Both the position numbers and the translations under genes were made by a program. A DNA stretch of 64,000 bases from Octopus bimaculoides (lineage: Eukaryota): positions 120,360,023 to 120,424,022 of the forward strand of contig NC_068985.1 in NCBI RefSeq assembly GCF_001194135.2. The letters run 5' to 3'. The notes below the pieces were generated by a model. That model worked only from the letters and a program-made list of their open reading frames with translations, had not been told where the DNA came from and searched no databases. Of this stretch, positions 12,822-25,600 are shown piece after piece (positions within the stretch are counted from its first letter, which is position 1; every line of letters begins with the position of its first letter).

Positions 12822-13832
12822 TTTTATCTTTAATCTTTTACTGGTTTCAGCCCAGGGCTGAGGTCATGCTGGTTCACCACCAGTAGTTACTCGATGCTGT
12901 TTCCTGTATTGTTTCTGGTGGAGTAGCTAGTTGAACGGAGCTGCGCTTCTTTGCATCTCCTGTCGCGATGTGGGTTCATCTGGTATCCCAGATAGAAACC
13001 TGTCCCGACATTCCTTGAAAACTTCTACATCAACACCATGTAAATCTCTAAGGTTGCCTGGAAGGATGTTGAGCAATTGCGGGCCCTTGAAACCCAGACT
13101 ATTGCAGTACTGTGTCCTTATTTTAGATGGTGAAGAAGGGATCTTTGATATGAGGCAGTGCCGTCCAGTTTGAGGATAGGTATAGCGGTCAATTCCAAAA
13201 TTGGGGGCTAAACCCTCCGAGAACTCCCAAATATATACCACCACATATCTCACTCGTCTTCTCCAGGGAATAGAGACTCAGCTCCTTTAGCCTCTCGCTG
13301 TAGCCCATCGTTTGCATCAAGTCAATCTCCTTCGTGTATTGAAGCTGGACTGCGTCGAGTTTCACAGTTTGTATCACAATCTCTAGGGACCATAGGTTGG
13401 AGCAGTAGTCCAAGCAGCTGAGAACGAAAGTCTTCCATAAGAGTAGTAGGGCCTCCCTTTTCCTGGTTCTGAATGTCTTCAGATCCAACCAGCCACGCGC
13501 CTGTTGCCATTTAAGTAATATGCACATAGAATATTGCATCATTGCTCATGTGAACCCCCAGGTCACGCACCGACTCTGACTCTGAGATCGTTTACCTTCC
13601 GGTGTATTCCGATTTTAGCCTGGTGTTGGACCGATATGGAGTGCCTGAAATTTTATAGCGTTGAACTGCATGTTATTTTTGTTCACCCATTTGCAGATTT
13701 CATTCAGGTCTTTCTGCAGTTTTATGATGTCCTCTGGGTTCCTAACTGCCTGCGATACATTTGTGACGTCAGCATAACTGGTCAGATTGGCTGACTGTAC
13801 CGCGGAGGGCATGTCTGTGAAGGCCACCACAA
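12822..13832 (-). mobile_element. 5'-truncated CR1-clade LINE (RT domain and 3' end)
   Basis: LTSYADV (YADD), DIIKLQKDLNEICKW..NNMQFN..KFQALH, LWKTFVLSCLDYCS.LWS, YSERLKELSLYSLE, FK..DRFLSGIPDEP. Ends in a stem-loop and short AAAGAT-like repeats. Confidence 0.92.
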
Positions 13833-13843
13833 TAGTAGTGGCC

Positions 13844-13874
<31 letters not shown>

Positions 13875-14300
13875 NNNNNNNNNNNNNNAGAGAGAGAGAG
13901 AGAGAATAATAGAACATATATGCATATGTACATGTATATAGGTATACTTTATTCTTCATGTGAAATCGTGTGTCGACCGCGAGATATTTTTTGTAGTTGT
14001 CTTTGCAGAGTACATTGATTTAATGTGAAGTTACACAATCACAAACATACACATTTTTTCACGCTTATGTGTTTAGAAATGTGCACAATTATATACCAAT
14101 ATATGTGTTTCTGTGTGAGTGTGTGGGGGAGTGTGTGTGTGTAGTGTGTGTGAGTGAGTGTGTGTCTGAGTGTGTTTGAGTGTGTGTGGGCAGTGTTTGT
14201 GTTTAATATGAGATCCGCTCAACTCTACGTTCACTGAAAGGTTCACCGATGCAGACCACTGCAAATATACATATACACACACGAAGACACACGCGCCCAC

Positions 14301-14337
<37 letters not shown>

Positions 14338-15130
14338 TACACACACACACACACGCACACACACACACACACACACATACACACACACACAGAGTATCAG
14401 CGTTAAGATAATGTCATAGAAACATTAAAATGGCTGCTATGTACCGAGTTGGCGGTGCTAGGTTACACATTATTTTCTGTAATAATTATGGTTGCGTGTT
14501 GTAAATATTATTTGCGATTCGAATCGTTTATTTTATAGATATATCTACTTTTATAGCTAATCCTTCGAATATATGAGTATTTCTTAATACGTGTGTGTAT
14601 ATATGTGTGCATATGTATGTATGTATGTATGTATGCATACACATATGTATATGCATGTGTGCGTGTGTGCAAATATGTATAAGTATAAGCTTGATTGGAG
14701 AAAGATCTCAGTACATAAATATATATATATANNNNNNNNNNATATATATATATATATATATATATACCTCACACACTTTCTATAAAAAGAATGGGAAATT
14801 ATAGTATTGAAACATTTTATGCCAAGTGACTACATTGAACATACTCAAGAATACGAAGGATAATTAGAAAATGCTGAAGTATCAACAGGTAAAAGAAAAA
14901 AAAAACATTTGGATGATTAGTAATTTTCAAAAACAATAAAACGGCTATTTCATATTTGTTTGCAGCACTTGAATGGTATGTAAAATATAGAATACCCTTA
15001 TTATTTGATATTCAATTCGTTTGTATTATGAATATTAGCAGAAAGTAAGTCGTTAGTTTCTTTTATGAAGTGTTATAATTATACTTCAAATACTTGTTTT
15101 AGTTTATTATTTAACCTTTAAAACCTGAAT

Positions 15131-15156
15131 TGTTTTCTTTTTATATACAGGTAAGT
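15131..15156 (+). promoter_or_regulatory. Juxtaposed acceptor/donor (candidate recursive splice site or exon end)
   Basis: TGTTTTCTTTTTATATACAG|GTAAGT. Confidence 0.3.
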
Positions 15157-15863
15157 GTTTTAAGGATTAAATTGGTTCAGGTGTGAAGTGATAATATCGA
15201 CATAACAGGTGGGAAAATGTATAGATTATAATCAGAATTCTGAAAAGCATTTCGATAGTAATTTGTTTAATTTCTTAAAGTGTCAAATCATATTTCGATT
15301 GCGATTAACAATTATTGTGAAACAAGATTCATTTTTTACTGGAATAAATAGTAAAATGATTATTAGTGATGGAAGCAATATTAGTACCAAAAAGCAATAT
15401 TTATATCCAAATTCACGAGTATGTCTTGTTAGAAGGCTGGATATTGCGGTGGTGTATAAAAGCACACACATATATCATACCAGATCAGAATCGTCAGTTA
15501 TGGAAGCCAGAATTACAGGATAACTTAATTTGTGTGCACGGGACTTCATCAGAGGTAGGCTTCTGGTGTCTGCAAACCAAACACATCTCGCTGTCACGAT
15601 ATATANNNNNNNNNNNNNNNNNNNNNNNNNNNNNNNNNNNNNNNNNNNNNNNNNNNNNNNNNNNNNNNNNNNNNNNNNNNNNNNNNNNNNNNNNNNNNNN
15701 NNNNNNNNNNNNNNNNNNNNNNNNNNNNNNNNNNNNNNNNNNNNNNNNNNNNNNNNNNNNNNNNNNNNNNNNNNNNNNNNNNNNNNNNNNNNNNNNNNNN
15801 NNNNNNNNNNNNNNNNNNNNNNNNNNNNNNNNNNNNNNNNNNNNNNNNNNNNNNNNNNNNNNN

Positions 15864-15894
<31 letters not shown>

Positions 15895-16574
15895 TTCAGT
15901 GTTATTCCTGTCGCTGAAGTTGCAAATAGCCCGCGGGTTTACGATATCAGAATCGTTATACTGTGCTTAAACGGTCAATTTACATGAGGGATCATGTTTA
16001 ATACTATAGTTATGAAAGTTTTATATTTTGAGTGTCTATGAAGAAATCGTTAAATTGGTTTAAATTGTCAGATTTGTAATTTTAAGTAAAACGTTGTTTA
16101 AAAACTTGTATATAATAGTATTATTTTGATCTACCAAAAACAAACGAAACTTTTGATGTGAATGCAGATTTGGGAGGTTTATTGCTACACAAACACAAAT
16201 TCGTAACCAACATTTTGATTTATCATTGATTTGCTAGTAAGAGTACAGCTGTAGCTGAGAATGCATTGTAAAAGCAAGCAATATTTGTGGAGAAAAATCG
16301 GGAGAAACCCAGGATTTTTTGAAGTCTTTTAACGAAGATTTCAATAACACATTATCAAGCCTTTCTTTATTTGAGTTTGCATGTGAAGGAAACTATAATG
16401 CAATGTAAGATATTATCTGCCAAAATTAGCAACGGGAAGGATAAGTGGATACCTTAAGCCACTGAAATATTCCATAAAGTGGGAATGTATGCTTGGTAAA
16501 TTTAGAGAATACGACATCAAAGAATCTGAAATTACAGTTCGTTATGAATTTAAACGTAACTAAATAGATAGTAC

Positions 16575-17039
16575 ATGTTGATTACTTTTAACACATTCTT
16601 GTTAATTATTCAGTTCCATGAGACCCTTGAAAACAATACGTACAATCTCAGATATATACCGAGGAAATTATACAATCACAATTATATAGTTGGAAGAAAA
16701 GTTCAAATGGTAACGCTTACTTTATGGAATGAATTAAATGTCAGTCGAGTCTTTTATTTGTATACAGAGAATTTCTCAATTTTACTACAAGCTGATAAAA
16801 ATTTAGTAGATAATCAGATGGCTGAAACTACTAAACAACTTTTTAACGATATAATGACCGAATATTCATTTGTCTCCCTTTGTGATGATATTCTTCGGAA
16901 GAGAGGAGCCGGGCTTTGTCTCAGAACGTGTACTGCTTCTGGAATGAAAACGCTGAAATGGAAATTGAGAAAGATACAATTCCATGGACAAAACGGAACT
17001 ATATCAGATATGTCTATTTTGAGGCTGGGGATACGATAA
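16575..17039 (+). other. Unassigned 154-codon ORF (possible exon or pseudogene)
   Basis: Longest gap-free ORF in the track that is not explained by a repeat. Acceptor-like TTCTTGTTAATTATTCAG ends at 16613. No family recognised. Confidence 0.25.
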
Positions 17040-17430
17040 TCTCGTATATAGACCGAAGAATTGATTAAGCGAGTTAAATATATTTTCAAGGCTGACATTG
17101 CTTCTAAAATGCTTAGAAAGCCATTTTATTCGGAAAAGATACGCCGACATTAATATTATTTGGTTGGTAGATGCAATACAATCATTTGAAGTTTCTAGAG
17201 TTACGTTAGCGTAGAGAGTAGTTGATTATTCGTCAGATATTTGACGTAGTTCAGTGACAGTGATACGACAAAACACATAATCGTTTTCCATTTCATATAT
17301 TATCTATTTATCTAGCTAGCCAGCTGCTAATTTATCTGTCTCTGTATATCTATCTATTTTTCAATTTATCTCTTTATCTCTTTCTGTCTCTCTCACTCTT
17401 TCTCACCCACTCTATTTCACATATATATCG

Positions 17431-17472
<42 letters not shown>

Positions 17473-18576
17473 ATGTATATATATATATGTATATATGTAC
17501 AAACATATATATAAATGTTTGTACACTTATTATTTCTTACAGACTTACAACCATACACACACACACGCACACACACACACACACACACAGAGTTTTCGGA
17601 GTAAATCCAATTACAAAACAAATCAAACAACGTGCCGCCAAAATTTAAATTAAAATTTTAATTACCTTTGCGATTATTGAACTATAATAATGTGAACAGA
17701 ATTTAGAATAGAATCGTAAACAAATTCTAGAAATAATTGACGTAGCAAATATCTCGATTGAGCAAAGTAACTCGAGAGAATTTTATATATACTGAATTAC
17801 AGTGCTATTTTCCCTCTTTCTTCTTCTTTCTTTTGTTCTCTCTTTCTCTCTTTATACACACACATATAAATATATATGCATATATGTATTGCATATGTAT
17901 ATATATATATATATAATTGAATATGTATATATATATATATTTATATATATATTTATATATATATGTNNNNNNNNNNNNNNNNNNNNNNNNNNNNNNNNNN
18001 NNNNNNNNNNNNNNNNNNNNNNNNNNNNNNNNNNNNNNNNNNNNNATATATATATATATATATATATACGCACATAGACATAGGTGTGTGTGTATCTGTG
18101 TGTACATACATACGTATATACACACATGTATATGCACATATTGCATCTGCGAATTAAGTATTCTATATAAATATAGAAATACATTCATCAATACACACAC
18201 AAATCTATACATATTTACAATATATATATATATATTATTTATATATATATACATATATGTATTATATATATCAGTTTAGGTATACAGCTACAGAGCATCC
18301 TCTATGATACGTAAGTATGTATATGTGTGTATGAATGTGTATGCATGTATAATATGTATTGTTTGTGTCTTTTCTGTCTTTCATATTAATTATGCCACTT
18401 TGCATGGCCATCTTTAACAGCAGCTGGGAGACCATTTCTTTCTTTTTAATAAATTAATGGTTGAGATATCACATGGTTACCGACTTAGAGCCAGATAAAA
18501 AAAAATGAAGCCAATAGGTTTTCAAAATAATATTTAGTATAGACTCAAAGGAACAGATAATTTAGAGGTAGATGAT

Positions 18577-18780
18577 GTGCTCGATTTTATAGAATCCATA
18601 ACTGGATTGGTAGATAATTCAACGAAAATATTGGCCTATCGTACCCTGGGTATGGCTGATGGAATCCCAGGCACCAAAGAAAGGGGCAGACGTAGAGCCA
18701 TCAAGAAAGACATAGAGACTACTAACAAAGCATACAGTCAAATCTGGCTAAAAAGGAGTAATCGGTGGATCACAGGAATG
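18577..18780 (+). mobile_element. 3' fragment of an R2-superfamily (Hero-like) REL-endonuclease LINE
   Basis: AYRTLGM..G....RRRAIKKDIETTNKAYSQIWLKRSNRW resembles the Hero C-terminal LG..G..R.AI....E.ASRWLWLKR..W motif. Confidence 0.55.
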
Positions 18781-18784
18781 TTGT

Positions 18785-19040
18785 TTAGGAAGGTACGTGG
18801 TTTAGTGGCTAAAGTATTCAGCTCACGATTGTAAAGTCCTGAGTTCGAATCTAGGCAGTGCAATGTATCCTTGAGCAAGCCAATGTATTTTAAGTTCCTC
18901 CGATCCACTCGGCTGGCAAAAATGAGTTGTACCAGTAATTCAAAGGGGCCAGGGTTGTCACATTGTGTGTGACTCTGAAACTCACTGAAAACTACGTTGA
19001 AGGCACACATGTCTCTGTAGGATTTACCCACCTGCACGTT
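18785..19040 (+). mobile_element. tRNA-derived SINE family C
   Basis: TGGTTTAGTGG..GAGTTCGAATC..CCTTGAGCAAG..TCCACTCGGCTGGCAAAAATGAGT..AATTCAAAGGG..TGCACGTTAATT. Confidence 0.75.
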
Positions 19041-19069
19041 AATTACAGAAACACACACACATACATATA

Positions 19070-20500
19070 TTTTTTACTTGTTTCAGTGATTTTACTTTGG
19101 ACATGTTGGAGTCCATCTTTGGAGAGTTTTAGTCAAAGGAATCGACATGAGGACTTATTTCTTAAGCCTTATACTCATTGTTTCTATCGATTCCTTTTGC
19201 AGGACCGTTATGTTATGGGAATTTAAACACACCAACACCAGTTGTCTACCAGGAATGGGTTAACAAACACTGACACAATGATACACACACATAAATGTAT
19301 ACATATATACGTATATCATATACACGCACACGCACGCACACACACACACACACACNNNNNNNNNNNNNNNNNNNNNNNNNNNNNNNNNNNNNNNNNNNNN
19401 NNNNNNNNNNNNNNNNNNNNNNNNNNNNNNNNNNNNNNNNNNNNNNNNNNNNNNNNNNNNNNNNNNNNNNNNNNNNNNNNNNNNNNNNNNNNNNNNNNNN
19501 NNNNNNNNNNNNNNNNNNNNNNNNNNNNNNNNNNNNNNNNNNNNNNNNNNNNNNNNNNNNNNNNNNNNNNNNNNNNNNNNNNNNNNNNNNNNNNNNNNNN
19601 NNNNNNNNNNNNNNNNNNNNNNNNNNNNNNNNNNNNNNNNNNNNNNNNNNNNNNNNNNNNNNNNNNNNNNNNNNNNNNNNNNNNNNNNNNNNNNNNNNNN
19701 NNNNNNNNNNNNNNNNNNNNNNNNNNNNNNNNNNNNNNNNNNNNNNNNNNNNNNNNNNNNNNNNNNNNNNNNNNNNNNNNNNNNNNNNNNNNNNNNNNNN
19801 NNNNNNNNNNNNNNNNNNNNNNNNNNNNNNNNNNNNNNNNNNNNNNNNNNNNNNNNNNNNNNNNNNNNNNNNNNNNNNNNNNNNNNNNNNNNNNNNNNNN
19901 NNNNNNNNNNNNNNNNNNNNNNNNNNNNNNNNNNNNNNNNNNNNNNNNNNNNNNNNNNNNNNNNNNNNNNNNNNNNNNNNNNNNNNNNNNNNNNNNNNNN
20001 NNNNNNNNNNNNNNNNNNNNNNNNNNNNNNNNNNNNNNNNNNNNNNNNNNNNNNNNNNNNNNNNNNNNNNNNNNNNNNNNNNNNNNNNNNNNNNNNNNNN
20101 NNNNNNNNNNNNNNNNNNNNNNNNNNNNNNNNNNNNNNNNNNNNNNNNNNNNNNNNNNNNNNNNNNNNNNNNNNNNNNNNNNNNNNNNNNNNNNNNNNNN
20201 NNNNNNNNNNNNNNNNNNNNNNNNNNNNNNNNNNNNNNNNNNNNNNNNNNNNNNNNNNNNNNNNNNNNNNNNNNNNNNNNNNNNNNNNNNNNNNNNNNNN
20301 NNNNNNNNNNNNNNNNNNNNNNNNNNNNNNNNNNNNTATATATATATACGACAAGCTTCTTTTAGCTTCCGTCTGCCAAATCCACGCACAAGGCTTCGGT
20401 TCGGCCCGAGGCTATAGTGGAAGACACTTGTCCCAGTTGCCGCTCAGTGGGACTGAGTCTAGAACCATGTGGTTTGTGAAGCAAACTTCTTACCACACAA
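19070..20500 (-). mobile_element. SINE family B spanning an expanded internal microsatellite and N gap
   Basis: 20350-20500 is the reverse complement of the family B head. 19070-19255 is the reverse complement of the family B tail. (CA)/(TA) runs and a gap lie between them. Confidence 0.7.
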
Positions 20501-21049
20501 ATATAGCTAGAAACATATGTATACACATATATGCAAACATAGAGATTACAGCAACAAGCAATCAAGGTCACTACTAGAATATGCGGAAAATTCAAGAACT
20601 TTTACATGTTATAAAATCTACATATACACAAACATCCTTGTCGGCTCTCATGTGTACTTGTACACATACATATCTGTATGTCCATAGGCATACATCTGTC
20701 TATGAGTACATCGATCCAAAAATACCTCCATGCATGCGTGCATACATGTATACATACATATATAGTTATACATGTATACATACATATATAGTTATACGCG
20801 TACTACATACATAAATATATATATAAATAAATACATACATGCATACATACATGCATAAATACATTCACATTTACATGCATACATGCATACATACATAAAT
20901 ACATACATACATACATGCATGCATACACGATTATCTTCCTTCTAAGCTAGAAACCGGCACTTTCTCCTTTAGTGAAGAATTGAGAAAATGAAAACAAAAA
21001 GGAAACAAAAAGCCAATACAAGGACACAAGCATAGTCACACACACACAC

Positions 21050-21147
<98 letters not shown>

Positions 21148-21377
21148 AACGCGTACAATCATATAAATATATGCAAACAGTCACGCCAATATATAACCAG
21201 AGTAATAAAGTTAAATGAAGTCCAATTCTCACCAAAAGAAATATTTTATACGTAGTATAATCAATCAACATTTAGTTATCACATAGGATATCAACATGTC
21301 TGCCAACAATAGACATACATAACCAAAAGAAACGTCTGACTCATTACACTTAACTGTCTGATAGAATTTATAGCTTT

Positions 21378-21436
<59 letters not shown>

Positions 21437-21688
21437 NNNNNNNNNNNNNNNNNNNNNNNNNNNNNNNNNNNNNNNNNNNNNNNNNNNNNNNNNNNNNNNN
21501 NNNNNNNNNNNNNNNNNNNNNNNNNNNNNNNNNNNNNNNNNNNNNNNNNNNNNNNNNNNNNNNNNNNNNNNNNNNNNNNNNNNNNNNNNNNNNNNNNNNN
21601 NNNNNNGCAAGTATAAATTTCTCGAGCATGTGAATATGTGACTGCATGAATATATCTATGTGTGCGTCTGGGTGGGTATAATATGTAC

Positions 21689-21692
21689 CTGC

Positions 21693-21760
<68 letters not shown>
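21689..21760. repeat. (GATA)n microsatellite
   Basis: Visible tandem array. Confidence 0.95.
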
Positions 21761-21762
<2 letters not shown>

Positions 21763-22729
21763 ATGTGTGTGTGTGTGTGTCTGTCTGTTTGTCTATCTGT
21801 CCAGATGTCGAAACCAGCATGATATCCGCTAGGCAGACGATGATGGAAATATATGCTTGATGTGCTTGTTTGTGAATCTTTTCTATCTCGTTTTTCCCGT
21901 TTTATATATCCATACATACATAAATNNNNNNNNNNATACATATATACATAAATACATACATACATACATACATACATACATACATGTAGATTCATATACA
22001 TGGGCGCAATGTCGAGTTCACAATCATGAGGCAGTAAGTTCGATTTCCAATGCGTGTGTTGGGTTCTTGAGCGAGACACCTCAGTTTACGTTGTTGCAGG
22101 CAAAATAATTAAACTTATGACATTATATATATATATATATNNNNNNNNNNNNNNNNNNNNNNNNNNNNNNNNNNNNNNNNNNNNNNNNNNNNNNNNNNNN
22201 NNNNNNNNNNNNNNNNNNNNNNNNNNNNNNNNNNNNNNNNNNNNNNNNNNNNNNNNNNNNNNNNNNNNNNNNNNNNNNNNNNNNNNNNNNNNNNNNNNNN
22301 NNNNNNNNNNNNNNNNNNNNNNNNNNNNNNNNNNNNNNNNNNNNNNNNNNNNNNNNNNNNNNNNNNNNNNNNNNNNNNNNNNNNNNNNNNNNNNNNNNNN
22401 NNNNNNNNNNNNNNNNNNNNNNNNNNNNNNNNNNNNNNNNNNNNNNNNNNNNNNNNNNNNNNNNNNNNNNNNNNNNNNNNNNNNNNNNNNNNNNNNNNNN
22501 NNNNNNNNNNNNNNNNNNNNNNNNNNNNNNNNNNNNNNNNNNNNNNNNNNNNNNNNNNNNNNNNNNNNNNNNNNNNNNNNNNNNNNNNNNNNNNNNNNNN
22601 NNNNNNNNNNNNNNNNNNNNNNNNNNNNNNNNNNNNNNNNNNNNNNNNNNNNNNNNNNNNNNNNNNNNNNNNNNNNNNNNNNNNNNNNNNNNNNNNNNNN
22701 NNNNNTATATATATATATATATATATATC

Positions 22730-23800
22730 GATAGGAAGGACAACAAAAGAGACCTCGATATTATGTAAATAGAGTAATTTATCTGTAAGAATATGTGACA
22801 CTTATTCAGTAGCCATGATAAAACTCCGAGTTTCGGATGCCAGGGTGGGAGCCCACACCAGCATCTTTTCAGTTTAACGGTTATTTTTCACAGGAATGTT
22901 CAATGGGCAGATAACTGAAGAGATGTGTTGTTTATAATATTTGCGTGTGTTATTCTACACAGCAGTAGTAGTAAAGGAAGGCGAAGAGGAAGAAGAAGAC
23001 GAAGAAGAAGGAGAAAGAGAAGAAGAGAAAATAATAAGAGAATGCGGGATGGTATGATAGTAGTAGGATGCTAAATGGTCAACTTTCCTACAAGTGGCTC
23101 GTTGTGGATTATAGCAGTGATTGGAACTGTTTTTAATGAATTCTTGGGTATCTCTTTTGAATGTATCATTCTTAATTTTTGCGTGTGCTATTCTAAGGTC
23201 GTGTTGGATATGTCATATGTTGTAGATGCGTTCAAACGGGGCATTTTTTACTGACGGCTCCAGTGTTGTTATTGAGCGTATTCGGGCTTGTGATAGACTT
23301 TTCATAGATTTGGGCTGTCTCTTGCTTTTTATGATGGTGTGTGTTTGGAGGATAAAGTTCATTCTCTGGTCCATTTTTAGTAGGAGAATGTTTTGAAGGA
23401 TGGTGTCGAAGGCTTCATTGTTAAGAGGGTTGTGTGTGGAGTTGTATGGTAGGGCTTTTGGCAGTAAATCCTTCTTTAATTCTGGATGTCTAAATCGTGG
23501 ATGTTGAGTTGTAGGGTACGTTGAAAGCATCTCTCAATTAGTGATGTTGGGTAGTTCCTGGTAGTGAGTGCATCATTTAGTTCATGTAGTCGTGTGTCCC
23601 TGGTGCTTGCATTAGAAAGTATAGTACATATCCTTCTTGCTAGGTTGAGGCGATATTCATTCTGCTGTGTCTGGAGTGGCATGAGTTGAACGGTAGATAT
23701 TGCTTGGAGTTCGTGGGATTATAGTATATATCTATTTCTATTACGTTGTTAGATTTCTTAATGTCGATGTCGAGGGAGGTAAGTTGTTGATGTCTATATT
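22730..23800 (-). mobile_element. 5'-truncated Penelope-like element (Neptune-like thumb/linker, EN end, 3' terminal repeat)
   Basis: IDIYYNPTNSKQYLPFNSCHSRH..NI..NLARRICTI..RL.EL..L..RNYP..LI (frameshifted), then KRDTQEF near the EN end. Pyrimidine-rich 3' UTR and an HHR-bearing terminus next to (TA)n. Confidence 0.8.
22812..22878 (-). ncRNA. Type I hammerhead ribozyme motif (G8A variant)
   Basis: Minus strand reads CTGAAAA-GATGC TGGTG TGGGCTCC CACC CT GGCATC-C-GAAA-CTCGGAG-T-T-TTATCATGGC. Confidence 0.7.
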
Positions 23801-23929
23801 CTATCGTGAGTGATTGTGTTTGTTTTCGTCAGCATTTTCTTTATGTCGTTTGGGGCAATAGAATGGCAGTAGTAACATCCTACTACTGTTACAACTCGAA
23901 TCTAAATATGGAAGAAATTACCGTTATTT

Positions 23930-25415
23930 ACATGCCAGAAGAGTGGTTATAGAGTTTGAAAACAAGCATTGGATTAAGGAAAATAGTTGTGACCGCTTTG
24001 ATAATGCTATGGGTTCCGCAGATTCTGATCAAATTACTGATTTAGTAGATATTTATATTTCCTATATTTTAGGAAGTGATTTTCCTGAGCTTGCGGATGG
24101 TTTATATGGGGCCGAAGCCCTTTTTACCAGGTTTTTATAAAATTTAGATCTCTTCATAACAATTGACAATGAACATGCGTTGGTTAACTTCCTAGATGTT
24201 AACCTAAACTTCATTACGATTGATATATTTAACTCTAATGTTAAACATATTAATATTGGAAGTAATCATCCTTGTTCTGTAAAAAATACCTTAGTTTACA
24301 ATATATCTAGAAGAATATCTAATTCATCATCTAACTGCAATATGTTTAACAAAAATGTTTCCTATTATAATATGGCGCTCAACAAAGCTGGGTATAACCA
24401 GAATTTAAAGTATTATGCACAAAATGTTGACAGTAGTGGCTCTAGTAACATGGAAGTTACTCACGATAGCTATAATTTTAAAGAACCTAATAGTAATGGA
24501 AGTAAGGACAGAAACAAAATAATAAAAATAAACATAAACATCATATAGATAAAAAAAGGCATGCAAAATATGAAAACCAATTTATTCCATCCTATATCGG
24601 ATAATGCTCATGAAATTAGTAATAGTAATAATTGAATTAAAGGACATACCCTGTATAAATATAAGATTAAAAATTTGGGGAATTATAATGTACTTTCTGA
24701 TAAGAATAATTTTATTTAGCTCATTGTTCCATTCGCTAAGCAAATTATGAGCAATCTAGTTGGATCTTTATACAAACTTTTTCTAAACATTTTACCAAAG
24801 AAAATAGATATTATGATGTAATTACTGCCAGCTTTTTACGAGTGGCTTTTTTTTTGTTTCTCAGAATATGTCCCAGATTATTTCTTCCTGTTAGGAGAGG
24901 AAATTATCAATTTTTTACAATGATAATTATCCGACTAAATGCAACAATTATACTCTAGGAAATAATGTTAGTGAAAAATGTAAAACTAATTCTCCTAAAG
25001 TATAATGGGAAACAACCAACTTTAAGTCCCATCTTAACCTGAAAAATAGAAGTAATGCTGTAAATAATAATTATACTGAATCTAATCATATGAATCTTAA
25101 TAGTAATATGAATAGAAATGAAAATATATGTTGTGATTGCAAAGATAGAAATAACTGTTTATTTAATAGTTATTGTAAGCAAAACAGCGTAGTGTATAAA
25201 CGTAAAATGAATTCTGAAGGTAAGAATTTCTTTATTTTTTTACATTGGTGCTGTGCAAAACTATATAAAAAAAACGCATCGCTAGTCACAATTATACATT
25301 TAATGATAACAATACTTTGTCTTATGTTAGTCTTAGTAAGTTTATTTGGGACGTAAAGGACAAGAAAAAATGTTTACTGTGGAATGGGAGTAAATAAGCA
25401 GGACCAATGCCTATA
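23930..25415 (+). mobile_element. Decayed Penelope-like element (RT, Asn-rich linker, GIY-YIG)
   Basis: WIKENSCDRFDNAMGSADS.QI.DLV, VNFLDVNLN, HINIGSNHP..VKNTLVYNISRRIS..SSN, CDCKDRNNCLFNSYC..SVVY, YIG..KKRIA.HNYTF..SLSKFIWD. Confidence 0.85.
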
Positions 25416-25420
25416 AAATG

Positions 25421-25565
25421 GGCTGTGTGGTAAGTAGCTTGCTTACCAACCACATGGTTCAGTCCCACTGCGTGGCAACTTGGGCAACTGTCTTCTACTA
25501 TAGCCTCGGCCCAACCAAAGCCTTGTTAGTGGATTTGGTAGACGGAAAATGAAAGAAGCCCGTCG

Positions 25566-25600
<35 letters not shown>

